In this document: in pieces, positions 25,539 to 33,791 of the stretch | Position numbering within the stretch: the stretch's first letter is position 1 | Layout of the letters: each line of letters begins with the position of its first letter | Source of the DNA: Erysipelotrichaceae bacterium | GTDB lineage: Bacteria > Bacillota_I > Bacilli_A > Erysipelotrichales > Erysipelotrichaceae | NCBI GenBank assembly: GCA_030536365.1 | Contig: JAUNQE010000001.1 | Coordinates: 10,137-74,136 of the forward strand | DNA length: 64,000 nucleotides | Direction: 5' to 3' | Position numbers and translations under genes: made by a program | Notes under the pieces: model-generated | The model's input: only the letters and a program-made list of their open reading frames with translations | What the model was told of the DNA's origin: nothing | Databases searched by the model: none

Positions 25539-26144
25539 ATGGAAGAAAGACTTATCCCGATCTGCGAACAGCTGGTCGAAGCCTGCAAAAGAGCGTATGC
25601 CCGCGGCATTCAGATGAACAGCGGCGGCAACGTCAGCGCCCGTGTTCCCGGTGAGGAACTGATGATCGTCAAGGCCAGCGGCAGCTCGTTTGCCGACAGC
25701 ACCGTTGACGGTTTCGTCATTACCGATTTTGACGGCAACAAGGTCGCCGGCGAAGGCAAGCCGACCAGAGAAGCATTACTGCACGGTCTGATCTACCGCT
25801 TATGCCCGAATGTCAACGCGGTCGTTCATACACACGCACCCTACAGCATCGCCTATTCTGTAGCGAAGAAGCCGCTTGTCCGTGTCACCTGGCATTCCCA
25901 GCTGAAGATGAACGCGGACCTGCCGACACTGGATGTACCGGCACCGATGGTCCGTCCGGAATACTTCTACATGGTCGAGGAAGTTCTCAAGGAAAATCCG
26001 GAATTACCGGGATTCCTGCTCGTCGATCACGGACTGGTCGCCATGGGAAAAGATCCGATCAATGCGGAACATACAGCTGAGCTGATCGAAGAGACAGCGA
26101 TGGTCACCATCCTGCGCGCAGCTGTCACCAAGATGGGTTTATAA
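25539..26144 (+). CDS. class II aldolase/adducin-family protein (copy 2)
   Basis: 201 aa; GGNVS, PTREALLH, VHTHA, DHGLVAM and AELIEETA are shared with copy 1. Confidence 0.85.
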   Translation: MEERLIPICEQLVEACKRAYARGIQMNSGGNVSARVPGEELMIVKASGSSFADSTVDGFVITDFDGNKVAGEGKPTREALLHGLIYRLCPNVNAVVHTHAPYSIAYSVAKKPLVRVTWHSQLKMNADLPTLDVPAPMVRPEYFYMVEEVLKENPELPGFLLVDHGLVAMGKDPINAEHTAELIEETAMVTILRAAVTKMGL

Positions 26145-26182
26145 GGCTTATAAATAAGGAACAAATATAGTAAAATTAATAT

Positions 26183-26947
26183 ATGCGTATCACAATGCAG
26201 GAAAACCCGGAAGGACTGTTCCAGAAGAACGCTCTTTCCGAACAAGTTATCGATATCCTGATGGGATGGATCATGGAGGGGAAGCTTCAGATGGGCGACC
26301 GTCTGAACGCCAATGACCTCGCCAAGACCCTCGGTGTCAGCCGTATGCCGGTAAGAGAAGCTCTGCTCGACCTTGAAAAACGGGGTCTCGCGGAGTCGAT
26401 CCCGTATGTAGGCATGCGCCTGGTCAAGCTTTCCGAAGAGGATATCCGGCAGATCTACATGGTAAGAAGGGCGTTGGAACCGATCGCGGCCCGTTTCGCC
26501 TGCCATAATGTGACGGATAAGGATATCGCGGAGCTTGAGGACATACACCAGGAATACGAACGTCTGATATGGGATCCTGCATCCAGTCCGATCGACACAT
26601 ATCAGCAGAACCGCCGTTTCCATTTTGCCATCTACAAGCTTGGCAAGCTGGACCGCGTGAACGCTCTGATCGAACAGGTCTGGGACAACCTGGCTTTCTT
26701 CAAACTCATCTTCGGGCACAGCCTGCTCGATACCGATGAGTCAAAACGCAGGATCGTCCAGGTGCACCGCAATTACCTTGATGCCCTGATCGCCAGGGAC
26801 GAAGACAGGATCTTTGATCTGTTCGCGGACAATCTGAGCCGCCGTCTTTCCGACCTGCCGTATTATGTCGATGCCTATACGCACGATCAGAAAAAACCAA
26901 GATCAGCCGGCGAGCCTGCCGGTCTGACCTTGCAGGAAAAGATGTAA
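26183..26947 (+). CDS. GntR-family transcriptional regulator (FadR/FCD-type)
   Basis: 254 aa; wHTH (LNANDLAKTLGVSRMPVREALLDLEKRGL) plus an FCD-like domain. No SD; the AT-rich upstream region has TATAGT at 26166-71. Confidence 0.8.
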   Translation: MRITMQENPEGLFQKNALSEQVIDILMGWIMEGKLQMGDRLNANDLAKTLGVSRMPVREALLDLEKRGLAESIPYVGMRLVKLSEEDIRQIYMVRRALEPIAARFACHNVTDKDIAELEDIHQEYERLIWDPASSPIDTYQQNRRFHFAIYKLGKLDRVNALIEQVWDNLAFFKLIFGHSLLDTDESKRRIVQVHRNYLDALIARDEDRIFDLFADNLSRRLSDLPYYVDAYTHDQKKPRSAGEPAGLTLQEKM

Positions 26948-27013
26948 ACGGTCATTGCGAAACATGACCATTCTTCGTAGGAGCAGTCTTTTATAGACCA
27001 GGAGGGAAAAACC

Positions 27014-27457
27014 ATGAAGATCGCTATCGGATGTGATCCAAACGCCGAAGAGGCAAAACAGCAGCTCATCGAATTCATCAACAAGAAGAATCTTGGCGAC
27101 GTTACCGATTTTGGTTCCGAAGATGTTATCTATCAGCATACCGCTGCAGCTGTAGCGGAAGCAGTCGCCAGAGGCGAATATGACCGCGGTGTCTTATTAT
27201 GCGGTACCGGCATCGGTGTCTCGATCGCTGCCAATAAGGTCAAGGGCGCATACGCCGCTCTGATCTCCGACGTATACTCCGCAAAAAGAGCACGTCTCAG
27301 CAACGACGCCAACATCGCCTGCTTAGGCGCTTTCACGACCGGCAACAAGCTCAGAGAAGAGCTCATCGAAGCCTTCCTGACCAACGAGTTCGTTCCGGGC
27401 TGCGCTTCCCAGCCGAAAGTTGATGCTTACCACGAATACGACGAAAACCGCAAATAA
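27014..27457 (+). CDS. rpiB: RpiB/LacA/LacB-family sugar-phosphate isomerase
   Basis: 147 aa. MKIAIGCD.., LLCGTGIGVSIAANK (catalytic Cys region). AGGAGGG RBS. Confidence 0.85.
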   Translation: MKIAIGCDPNAEEAKQQLIEFINKKNLGDVTDFGSEDVIYQHTAAAVAEAVARGEYDRGVLLCGTGIGVSIAANKVKGAYAALISDVYSAKRARLSNDANIACLGAFTTGNKLREELIEAFLTNEFVPGCASQPKVDAYHEYDENRK

Positions 27458-27458
27458 G

Positions 27459-28238
27459 ATGGCAAAGAAACTTTACTTCGGCAGCAATCTCAAGATGTAT
27501 AAGAACACTGCCGATACAGTCGCTTATCTCAAGGCGCTCGAAGAGAAGACGAAGGATATCCCGAACATCCAGATGTTCATCATTCCTTCCTATACGACTC
27601 TTGAAAGAGCCAGCGAAGCAGTCGACCACAACAACATCCTGATCGGTGCCCAGAACATGTGCTGGGAGGATCAGGGACAGTTCACCGGCGAGATCTCCCC
27701 GCTGATGTTGAAGGAACTGGGTCTTGACCTCGTCATGATCGGCCATTCCGAAAGAAGACATGTCTTCGGAGAGACCGATGTCGAGGAGAATAAAAAAGTC
27801 CTCGCTTCCCTGAAGCACGGATTCAAGACGCTGTTATGCATCGGCGAGACAGCGGAAGAGAAGAACTTCGGGATCAGTGCCGAGGTCCTGCGCACACAGC
27901 TGAAAGTCGGTCTCCACGGCGTCGAGGAGAAAGACCTCGACAAGGTCTGGGTCGCCTATGAACCGGTCTGGTCGATCGGTGTCAACGGCACACCGGCCAA
28001 AGCCGACTATGCGGAAGAGATGCATAAGGAGATCAAGAAGTGCCTGAATGAGCTCTTCGGCAAAGCTTCGAAGAACATTCCGGTCCTTTACGGCGGCAGC
28101 GTCAATCCGACCAACGCGGATGAGCTGATCGTTCAGAAGCATATTGACGGTCTGTTCACCGGCAGAGCTGCCTGGGATGCAGAGAAATTCGATCTTCTGA
28201 TCCGTCAGGCGCTGAAAGCCTACGCCAAGAAAGATTAA
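27459..28238 (+). CDS. triose-phosphate-isomerase-family protein (non-canonical paralog)
   Basis: 259 aa from ATG 27459, 1 nt after the rpiB stop. Motifs SNLKMY (canonical GNWKMN), IGHSERR, AYEPVWSIGVNGTPA (canonical AYEPVWAIGTGKTA) and LYGGSV. Confidence 0.75.
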   Translation: MAKKLYFGSNLKMYKNTADTVAYLKALEEKTKDIPNIQMFIIPSYTTLERASEAVDHNNILIGAQNMCWEDQGQFTGEISPLMLKELGLDLVMIGHSERRHVFGETDVEENKKVLASLKHGFKTLLCIGETAEEKNFGISAEVLRTQLKVGLHGVEEKDLDKVWVAYEPVWSIGVNGTPAKADYAEEMHKEIKKCLNELFGKASKNIPVLYGGSVNPTNADELIVQKHIDGLFTGRAAWDAEKFDLLIRQALKAYAKKD

Positions 28239-28251
28239 AGAAAAAAGGCAG

Positions 28252-28298
28252 AACCGGGGAAAAGGTGACGTGAAAACGTTTCCTTACCCCGGTTTTTT
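28252..28298 (+). terminator. rho-independent terminator
   Basis: AACCGGGGAAAAGG...CCTTACCCCGGTT followed by TTTTTT. Confidence 0.75.
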
Positions 28299-28343
28299 CT
28301 ATGCAGGGAAAGCCGCTGTTTTTTCGAAAAATTCATAATAATA

Positions 28344-30344
28344 ATGCGTGACCGCTTCCGAAGTTTTGTATATACTAATGACATGTCTGATTATAAACTG
28401 GGTTTCGGGCTGTTTATTGGCCTGTATTTTATTGATTACATCTTCGGCATGGTGTCTTTCGGGCAGATCGAGCTGATCGCGGTCGCCCGCATGCTGGCAA
28501 TCTCTTTTTCGGTAGCGATGATCTTTTCTTTCCTGATCCGGAAGCTTCCGGAAAAGGCCAAGCTGCTGCTGAGCTTCGTACTGCTTCTGCTGTTTGCCTT
28601 CTACGCATTCCTGGAGATGCAGTTCAATAATTTCCTGAACGGTTACTACAGCTTCCAGAACGTCGCTGACGGCGGATTCCGGGTCGGTGTCTTTGCCTGG
28701 TATTTCATCAAGACGGCAAAGCCGCAGTATTTCCTGACCTTCCTGGTCCCGCTGCTGTTCCTTCTGTTCAACTTTAAAAACAAAGGCGCTGGCAAAGTGT
28801 CACTGAAGACCTTCGTCTTCTCGCTGATCGTCTTCGCCGTCGTGATCTTCACGCTGCCTTTTGGCTCACATAATTATGAAAATGCTGTCCGCAACCAGGA
28901 TAACTTTGATTTCATCGTGCGTGAGACCGGTGTGAACACCTTCTTCTTTGAAGATCTGCGCGCTGTGTTTGTCGGCAAGGATGAGACACTCGTGATCGAG
29001 GAAAGCACGGATCCTGAAGAGACTGCGGAAGCAACCCCGGAAACGACCGCGACACCGGAGACCGTCATTGAGAAGGATCCGCTGATCCGTGACTTCGATG
29101 ACAGCCGCTGGAAAGCGGATATGGAAAAGGAGACCGATGAGACCGTCAAGTCGATCGACCAGTATCTGCTGAGCCGCAAGATCGAGGAACGCAACGAGAA
29201 GACCGGGATCTACGAGGGCTATAACTTCATCTACTTCCTGGTCGAATCGATGGACTATGTCGGCATCGATCCGGTGCTGACACCGACGATCTATAAGATG
29301 ATGACCGAAGGCTACCGGTTCCCCAACCATTACACGCCTGTCTTCAGCTGCGGCACCGGCGATTCAGAGCTCGTCTCCATGACTTCCATGATGCCGTACG
29401 GTTCTGCCTGCACGGTCTACAGCGCGACACCGAACGATCTGAACAACTCGATGGCCGCCTTATTCAAGCGCGCCGGTTACGATACCTTCTCCTTCCACAA
29501 CTGGGACGACCAGTTCTATAACCGCACCGAACTGCATGAATCCTACGGCATCGATGTCTATAAGGATATCGAAGACCTCGACATCCCGATCGTACAGGGC
29601 TGGCAGTCTGACAATGTTTTAATGGAACAGGCGATCCCGGATTTCATCCATTCGGATAAATTCTTCACCTTCATCGTCACCTCGACCATGCACTGGCCGT
29701 ATGACGAAGGTTCCTATTACGGTAACTACTATCTGGAAGAGATCAATAAGGTCCATCCGGATTACCCGATCGAACTGAAGCGTTTCATCAGCAAGACCAT
29801 GGAATTCGACAAGTCGCTGGCGACTCTGCTGGCAGCGCTCGAGGAAGAGGGCAAGCTCGACAATACCGTGATCTGCTTCTGGCCGGATCATCACCCCTTC
29901 AATCTCGATTACGGCGTGATCCGTTCCTATACCCAGAACGTCGACCGTTACGGGACCCACGGTTTCTATAAATCCCCGCTGATCCTCTACAATGCCGCCA
30001 CCCCGAGCGAGACGGTGGAGGATGTCTGCTCGACCTTCGACCATGTGCCGACGATCGCCAATCTCTTCGGTCTGAATTATGATCCGCGTCTTTATATGGG
30101 ATCCGATATCTTCGGCGGAAACACGCGTGTCATGTTTGCCAACGGTGACTGGATCAGCGACGAAGGCATCTATACGGTCTCCGACGGCACGTTCAACGCC
30201 TTTGAGGGAAAGAGCCTGAGCGAGGGCGAGATCGAAAAGAATTCGACGGAAGTCCGCAACCTGATCCGTGTCGGCCGGGCGATCGTGGATACCGACTATT
30301 TCCATCTGCGCAACTACATCACCGATCCGGTCGAAAAAGAATAA
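28344..30344 (+). CDS. LTA synthase / phosphoglycerol-transferase-family sulfatase (LtaS-like), polytopic N-terminus
   Basis: 666 aa. N-terminal TM helices, an acidic T/P/E linker, then a sulfatase-type domain (SMDYVG..., WPDHHP). The start is uncertain: ATG 28344 (no SD) or ATG 28383 (a TATACT box lies 6 nt upstream). Confidence 0.75.
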   Translation: MRDRFRSFVYTNDMSDYKLGFGLFIGLYFIDYIFGMVSFGQIELIAVARMLAISFSVAMIFSFLIRKLPEKAKLLLSFVLLLLFAFYAFLEMQFNNFLNGYYSFQNVADGGFRVGVFAWYFIKTAKPQYFLTFLVPLLFLLFNFKNKGAGKVSLKTFVFSLIVFAVVIFTLPFGSHNYENAVRNQDNFDFIVRETGVNTFFFEDLRAVFVGKDETLVIEESTDPEETAEATPETTATPETVIEKDPLIRDFDDSRWKADMEKETDETVKSIDQYLLSRKIEERNEKTGIYEGYNFIYFLVESMDYVGIDPVLTPTIYKMMTEGYRFPNHYTPVFSCGTGDSELVSMTSMMPYGSACTVYSATPNDLNNSMAALFKRAGYDTFSFHNWDDQFYNRTELHESYGIDVYKDIEDLDIPIVQGWQSDNVLMEQAIPDFIHSDKFFTFIVTSTMHWPYDEGSYYGNYYLEEINKVHPDYPIELKRFISKTMEFDKSLATLLAALEEEGKLDNTVICFWPDHHPFNLDYGVIRSYTQNVDRYGTHGFYKSPLILYNAATPSETVEDVCSTFDHVPTIANLFGLNYDPRLYMGSDIFGGNTRVMFANGDWISDEGIYTVSDGTFNAFEGKSLSEGEIEKNSTEVRNLIRVGRAIVDTDYFHLRNYITDPVEKE

Positions 30345-30354
30345 AAGAGAACAC

Positions 30355-30405
30355 TAAAAAAACCGTCTGTCCTGCAGAACTTCCGCAAAACAGACGGTTT
30401 TATTA
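30355..30405. terminator. bidirectional terminator between convergent genes
   Basis: AAAAAAACCGTCTGT - loop - ACAGACGGTTTTATTATT. Confidence 0.75.
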
Positions 30406-31518
30406 TTAGTCGGGTCGTTTTCCCATCCGGCGGTATTTGCCGGGGTCATAAAGCGGAACGAGAGACAGTGCTGCGTCGTATTCGGCACCGCCGCTTGCGA
30501 TCGTGTAATGCGAGCCGGTGATCGCGTATTCCGGACGGACATACCCCAGTGCCGTGCTGTGATCTGTTCCGGGAGTGAGCGAGCCGCTGGTGACGTAACC
30601 GATCTCTTTACCGTCGCTGAAGATCGGGTCGCCTGTTTTCATTTCAACGATCCCGTCGACCCTGAACCAGACCAGGGTCTTGGTGACACCGTTCCGGATC
30701 ACTTCCTTAAGCGCCTGCTGTCCGTTGAAGTCATTGGTCTTATTGAGCTTGACGGTCCAGCCGATACCGGCTTCAAACGGGTTTATGGTCTTGTTGTGTT
30801 CATTTCCGACAAGGATCATTCCGGCTTCCTGCCGCAGGCTTTCAAGCGCGAGCTGTCCGCAGGGCACGATCCCTTCTTCTTTTCCCGCTTCCATCAAGGT
30901 CTCCCACATTCTCTTCCCGAATCCGGAATCGAAATGCAGCTCGTAGCCGAATTCTCCGGTAAAGCCGATCCGCGCGATCGTGCAGTCGATCCCGCCGACC
31001 ACGCCTTTTTTGAAGGTATAGAATTTGAATCCGAGATCGACATTCGTCAGTTTCTCCAGGATCTTTCGCGAAAGCGGCCCCTGCAGCGCGAGCGTTGTCC
31101 ACTGATCGGTGATGTTTTGCAGTTCAATTTCGAATGCCGCCGCATTCTTTTCAAGCCAGGCATAATCGGATTCATCTCCGCTGATGAACATATATTCGTT
31201 CTCGCCGGTGTGCCAGACGGTACCGTCATCGATCATATTGCCTTTTTCGTCCGGGATCGCCGTGTAACGGATCCCGCCGATACCGAGAGAGGTGAAGTCG
31301 TTCGTGAAAACTTTCTGGATGAAAGCGAATGCGCCCGGTCCTTTGATCGTAGCCACTGCCATGTAATCGAGGTCACACAGGCTCGCTCTGGTTCTGGTGC
31401 CAATATACTCTTCTGCGTGTCCGGTCGCGTACTCTGTGGGAAGCCAGTAGCCGAATAATTCCGCCATCCTGGCTCCATAGCTGATTCCGACATCATAAAA
31501 TGGTGTCTTTTTTGACAT
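30406..31518 (-). CDS. aminomethyltransferase (GcvT)-family folate-binding protein, stand-alone
   Basis: 370 aa from the ATG preceded by GGAGG (8-nt spacing). The ORF-track start at 31548 is 10 codons further upstream. MSKKTPFYD..., GPLSRKILEKL and FTGE.GYE are typical of the GcvT family. Confidence 0.75.
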   Translation of the reverse strand: MSKKTPFYDVGISYGARMAELFGYWLPTEYATGHAEEYIGTRTRASLCDLDYMAVATIKGPGAFAFIQKVFTNDFTSLGIGGIRYTAIPDEKGNMIDDGTVWHTGENEYMFISGDESDYAWLEKNAAAFEIELQNITDQWTTLALQGPLSRKILEKLTNVDLGFKFYTFKKGVVGGIDCTIARIGFTGEFGYELHFDSGFGKRMWETLMEAGKEEGIVPCGQLALESLRQEAGMILVGNEHNKTINPFEAGIGWTVKLNKTNDFNGQQALKEVIRNGVTKTLVWFRVDGIVEMKTGDPIFSDGKEIGYVTSGSLTPGTDHSTALGYVRPEYAITGSHYTIASGGAEYDAALSLVPLYDPGKYRRMGKRPD

Positions 31519-31706
31519 GGTAAGATCCTCCGTTTCCATTATGTTCACTGCATGGATGAACTGATCTCATTTTTGTATCGGCCGGCTGGAAAACAATTGA
31601 CGAATGCGGGGAAATCATAAACTATTTTACGCATCCGCCCCTTTTGTGCAGTACGGTTTTTCTTTGCGTCTTTCTGCTGAATAAGAAACAGCATTATAAT
31701 GTAAGT

Positions 31707-32690
31707 ATGAGAAACAGTTTGAAGAGCGCGGCCGTCCTCTGGGTGGAATCCGGGCTGACAGGAGACTATGAAGTATGGTCCTTCGGGGACGCTCCCGATG
31801 AGCTGGCTTATTTAGTGCTTTCCGGAAAGAAGACGGCGACGAGCTCCGCCTATGAGTGTTATCTCGCGGAAGGCGAGAAGATCCCGCAGGAAGGAGAATA
31901 CAGTGTGATCACCGATTCTTCCGATGAAGCTGTATGCATCATCCGGGATACCCGGATACGGATCGTGCCTTATAAAGACATCGACGCGGAGCATGCGTAT
32001 AAAGAAGGTGAGGACGACCGTTCGCTCGCCAGTTATCGCTCGGTCCATGCGCCTTTCTTTGAGCAGGAGCTTGCGCTGTGCAAGAAGGATTTCAGTGAAG
32101 ACAGTCTGATCGTGCTGGAGGAGTTCGAACTGGTCCGGCCGAAACTGTATATGCGGGCTTTAAATATCAGAGACGCGGAAGCGGAACACAGGGCTTTCAA
32201 CAACATTCCTACCGAGAACGGCTTTAAGAATCCTTTCTATGGGCAGGATCTTGAGACATTCCGCAATGTCACGATCCCGCAGCTGATCAACGAGTCCGAA
32301 GGAATCAATCTAAAGAAGGACCATGTTCCGCAGACTTACTTCATGTTGTGGCGGGAGCAGGAGATCGTCGGGATCTTTAAGGTCCGTCACTATCTGAATG
32401 AGATCACCCGCACCGGTTCCGGTCATATCGGCTATGCGATCGTTCCGGCATACCGCAACCGCGGTTATGCGAGATACGGACTGGAACTGGCGATAAAAGA
32501 GCTGAAGAAGATGCCGGACTTCCCGGAAAAGGAAGTCTATCTCAGCTGCTACAAAAGCAACCCGGCATCGCTGAAAGTCATGTTGAAGAACGGAGCGTAT
32601 ATCGCTCATGAAGATCAGTGGCGCTATTTCGCGCGTATTCCGGTCAGGATGAAGGAGAAAGAAGATGGAATTCAGAGAGATCGTTCGTAA
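31707..32690 (+). CDS. ASCH-domain / GNAT N-acetyltransferase fusion protein
   Basis: 327 aa from ATG 31707. The N-terminal half has VWSFGD..DELA.LVLSGKKTATSS...EHAYKEGE (ASCH/PUA-like). The C-terminal half has GHIGYAIVPAYRNRGYARYGLELA (GNAT motif A). Confidence 0.7.
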   Translation: MRNSLKSAAVLWVESGLTGDYEVWSFGDAPDELAYLVLSGKKTATSSAYECYLAEGEKIPQEGEYSVITDSSDEAVCIIRDTRIRIVPYKDIDAEHAYKEGEDDRSLASYRSVHAPFFEQELALCKKDFSEDSLIVLEEFELVRPKLYMRALNIRDAEAEHRAFNNIPTENGFKNPFYGQDLETFRNVTIPQLINESEGINLKKDHVPQTYFMLWREQEIVGIFKVRHYLNEITRTGSGHIGYAIVPAYRNRGYARYGLELAIKELKKMPDFPEKEVYLSCYKSNPASLKVMLKNGAYIAHEDQWRYFARIPVRMKEKEDGIQRDRS

Positions 32691-33144
32691 AAAACAGATA
32701 TTGAGCAAAGAGGAGTGTATCGCGATCCTGAAAGAGGAACCGCGCGGTGTGCTTTCTGTCTATGGTCTTGAAGGCTATCCTTACGGTATGCCGATCAACC
32801 ACTACTATGACGAGGAAAGCGGGAATATCTATTTCCACGGCGGAAAGAGCGGTCATAAGATCGACGCCATGCGAAAAGATGATCGTGTGTCCTTCTGTGT
32901 CTATGATCAGGGTTACCGCCGGGAAGGCGAATGGGCTTTGAATATCCGGAGCGTGATCGTTTTCGGTCACATCGAATTCGTTGAAAGTCTCGAGGAGACC
33001 GAAAGGATCTCAAGAGCTCTTTGTTACAAGTTCACGGATGACGAGGAATATATCCGCACGGAGATCGAGAAGTCACTGAAAGGAACTCTGTGCTTCAAAC
33101 TCGTTCCGGAGCATATCTCCGGCAAGATCGTCAACGAGTCCTGA
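32665..33144 (+). CDS. pyridoxamine-5'-phosphate-oxidase-family FMN-binding protein (NimA-like split barrel)
   Basis: 159 aa; AAGGAG RBS; the CIAILKEEPRGVLS...GYPYGMPINHYYDEESGNIYFHG pattern. It overlaps the upstream gene by 26 nt. Confidence 0.7.
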   Translation: MEFREIVRKKQILSKEECIAILKEEPRGVLSVYGLEGYPYGMPINHYYDEESGNIYFHGGKSGHKIDAMRKDDRVSFCVYDQGYRREGEWALNIRSVIVFGHIEFVESLEETERISRALCYKFTDDEEYIRTEIEKSLKGTLCFKLVPEHISGKIVNES

Positions 33145-33162
33145 TCTGATCAAAGGGGAACC

Positions 33163-33735
33163 ATGCAGAAAAGAGCCGGTCTTCGCCGAAGCCTCATTAT
33201 TCTGATCATTCTGCTGATCCCTGTGCTGTGGAAGGGGACAGTCGATTTCGTCTGCCGGAACAACTATAAAGATCCTTTTGATGTCGCGGAATTCGACCGT
33301 GAACATCATACGTCCTTTGCCGCAAAGGAGCCTTTCTGTTCCCGGAACATCGACTACGCGTTCCCGTTCTTTTTCAGGGAATACCGCTACCTCCAGTTCC
33401 AGGATCTTGCGGAATATCCTTTCACCTCGCTGCGCGTTTACGAGCAGGAGATGACGATCCCGAAGGATGAGCGGCCGCACTGGCGGGTCGCGGAAACCGA
33501 GATCGATGTGGAAGGTCTGAATGTCCATGTCGGACTTTACCGTGCCGGGATCGGTGATTCCGGACCGGACGGGAACGAATACAATCCCGCTTTCAAATAC
33601 TGGTTCAGCAGGGACGGATACTTCTATGTGGGATTCATCGACTATAACGAAGCGATGCGCCGGATCCCGCATGAGCTGAGCGCGGAAGATCTCGCGTATG
33701 TCCGCAAGAATATCGAACTGCTGTTCTTCTCCTAA
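33163..33735 (+). CDS. hypothetical membrane-anchored protein
   Basis: 190 aa; AAGGGGA RBS; one N-terminal TM helix (LIILIILLIPVLW). I recognise no family. Confidence 0.5.
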   Translation: MQKRAGLRRSLIILIILLIPVLWKGTVDFVCRNNYKDPFDVAEFDREHHTSFAAKEPFCSRNIDYAFPFFFREYRYLQFQDLAEYPFTSLRVYEQEMTIPKDERPHWRVAETEIDVEGLNVHVGLYRAGIGDSGPDGNEYNPAFKYWFSRDGYFYVGFIDYNEAMRRIPHELSAEDLAYVRKNIELLFFS

Positions 33736-33748
33736 ATATACAATGCAT

Positions 33749-33782
33749 AAAAAAGAGGCTGTCACATGACAGCCTCTTTCGA
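33749..33782. terminator. bidirectional terminator
   Basis: AAAAAAGAGGCTGTC-acat-GACAGCCTCTTTC. The strong T-run is on the minus strand, so it terminates the permease gene. Confidence 0.75.
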
Positions 33783-33791
33783 TAGCGTTGA

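Noticed and set aside
28270-28283. A cre-like sequence TGAAAACGTTTCC (a possible CcpA site).
   Set aside because: It deviates from the TGWAANCGNTNWCA consensus at the 3' half and sits in the loop of the terminator after the TIM paralog, not in a promoter or 5' region.
31519-31650. I searched the leader of the GcvT-family gene for a glycine riboswitch.
   Set aside because: There is no GGAGAG...ACCGAAGGGGCAA-type core on the minus-strand RNA. Only a weak 5-bp ATGCG/CGCAT pairing is present.
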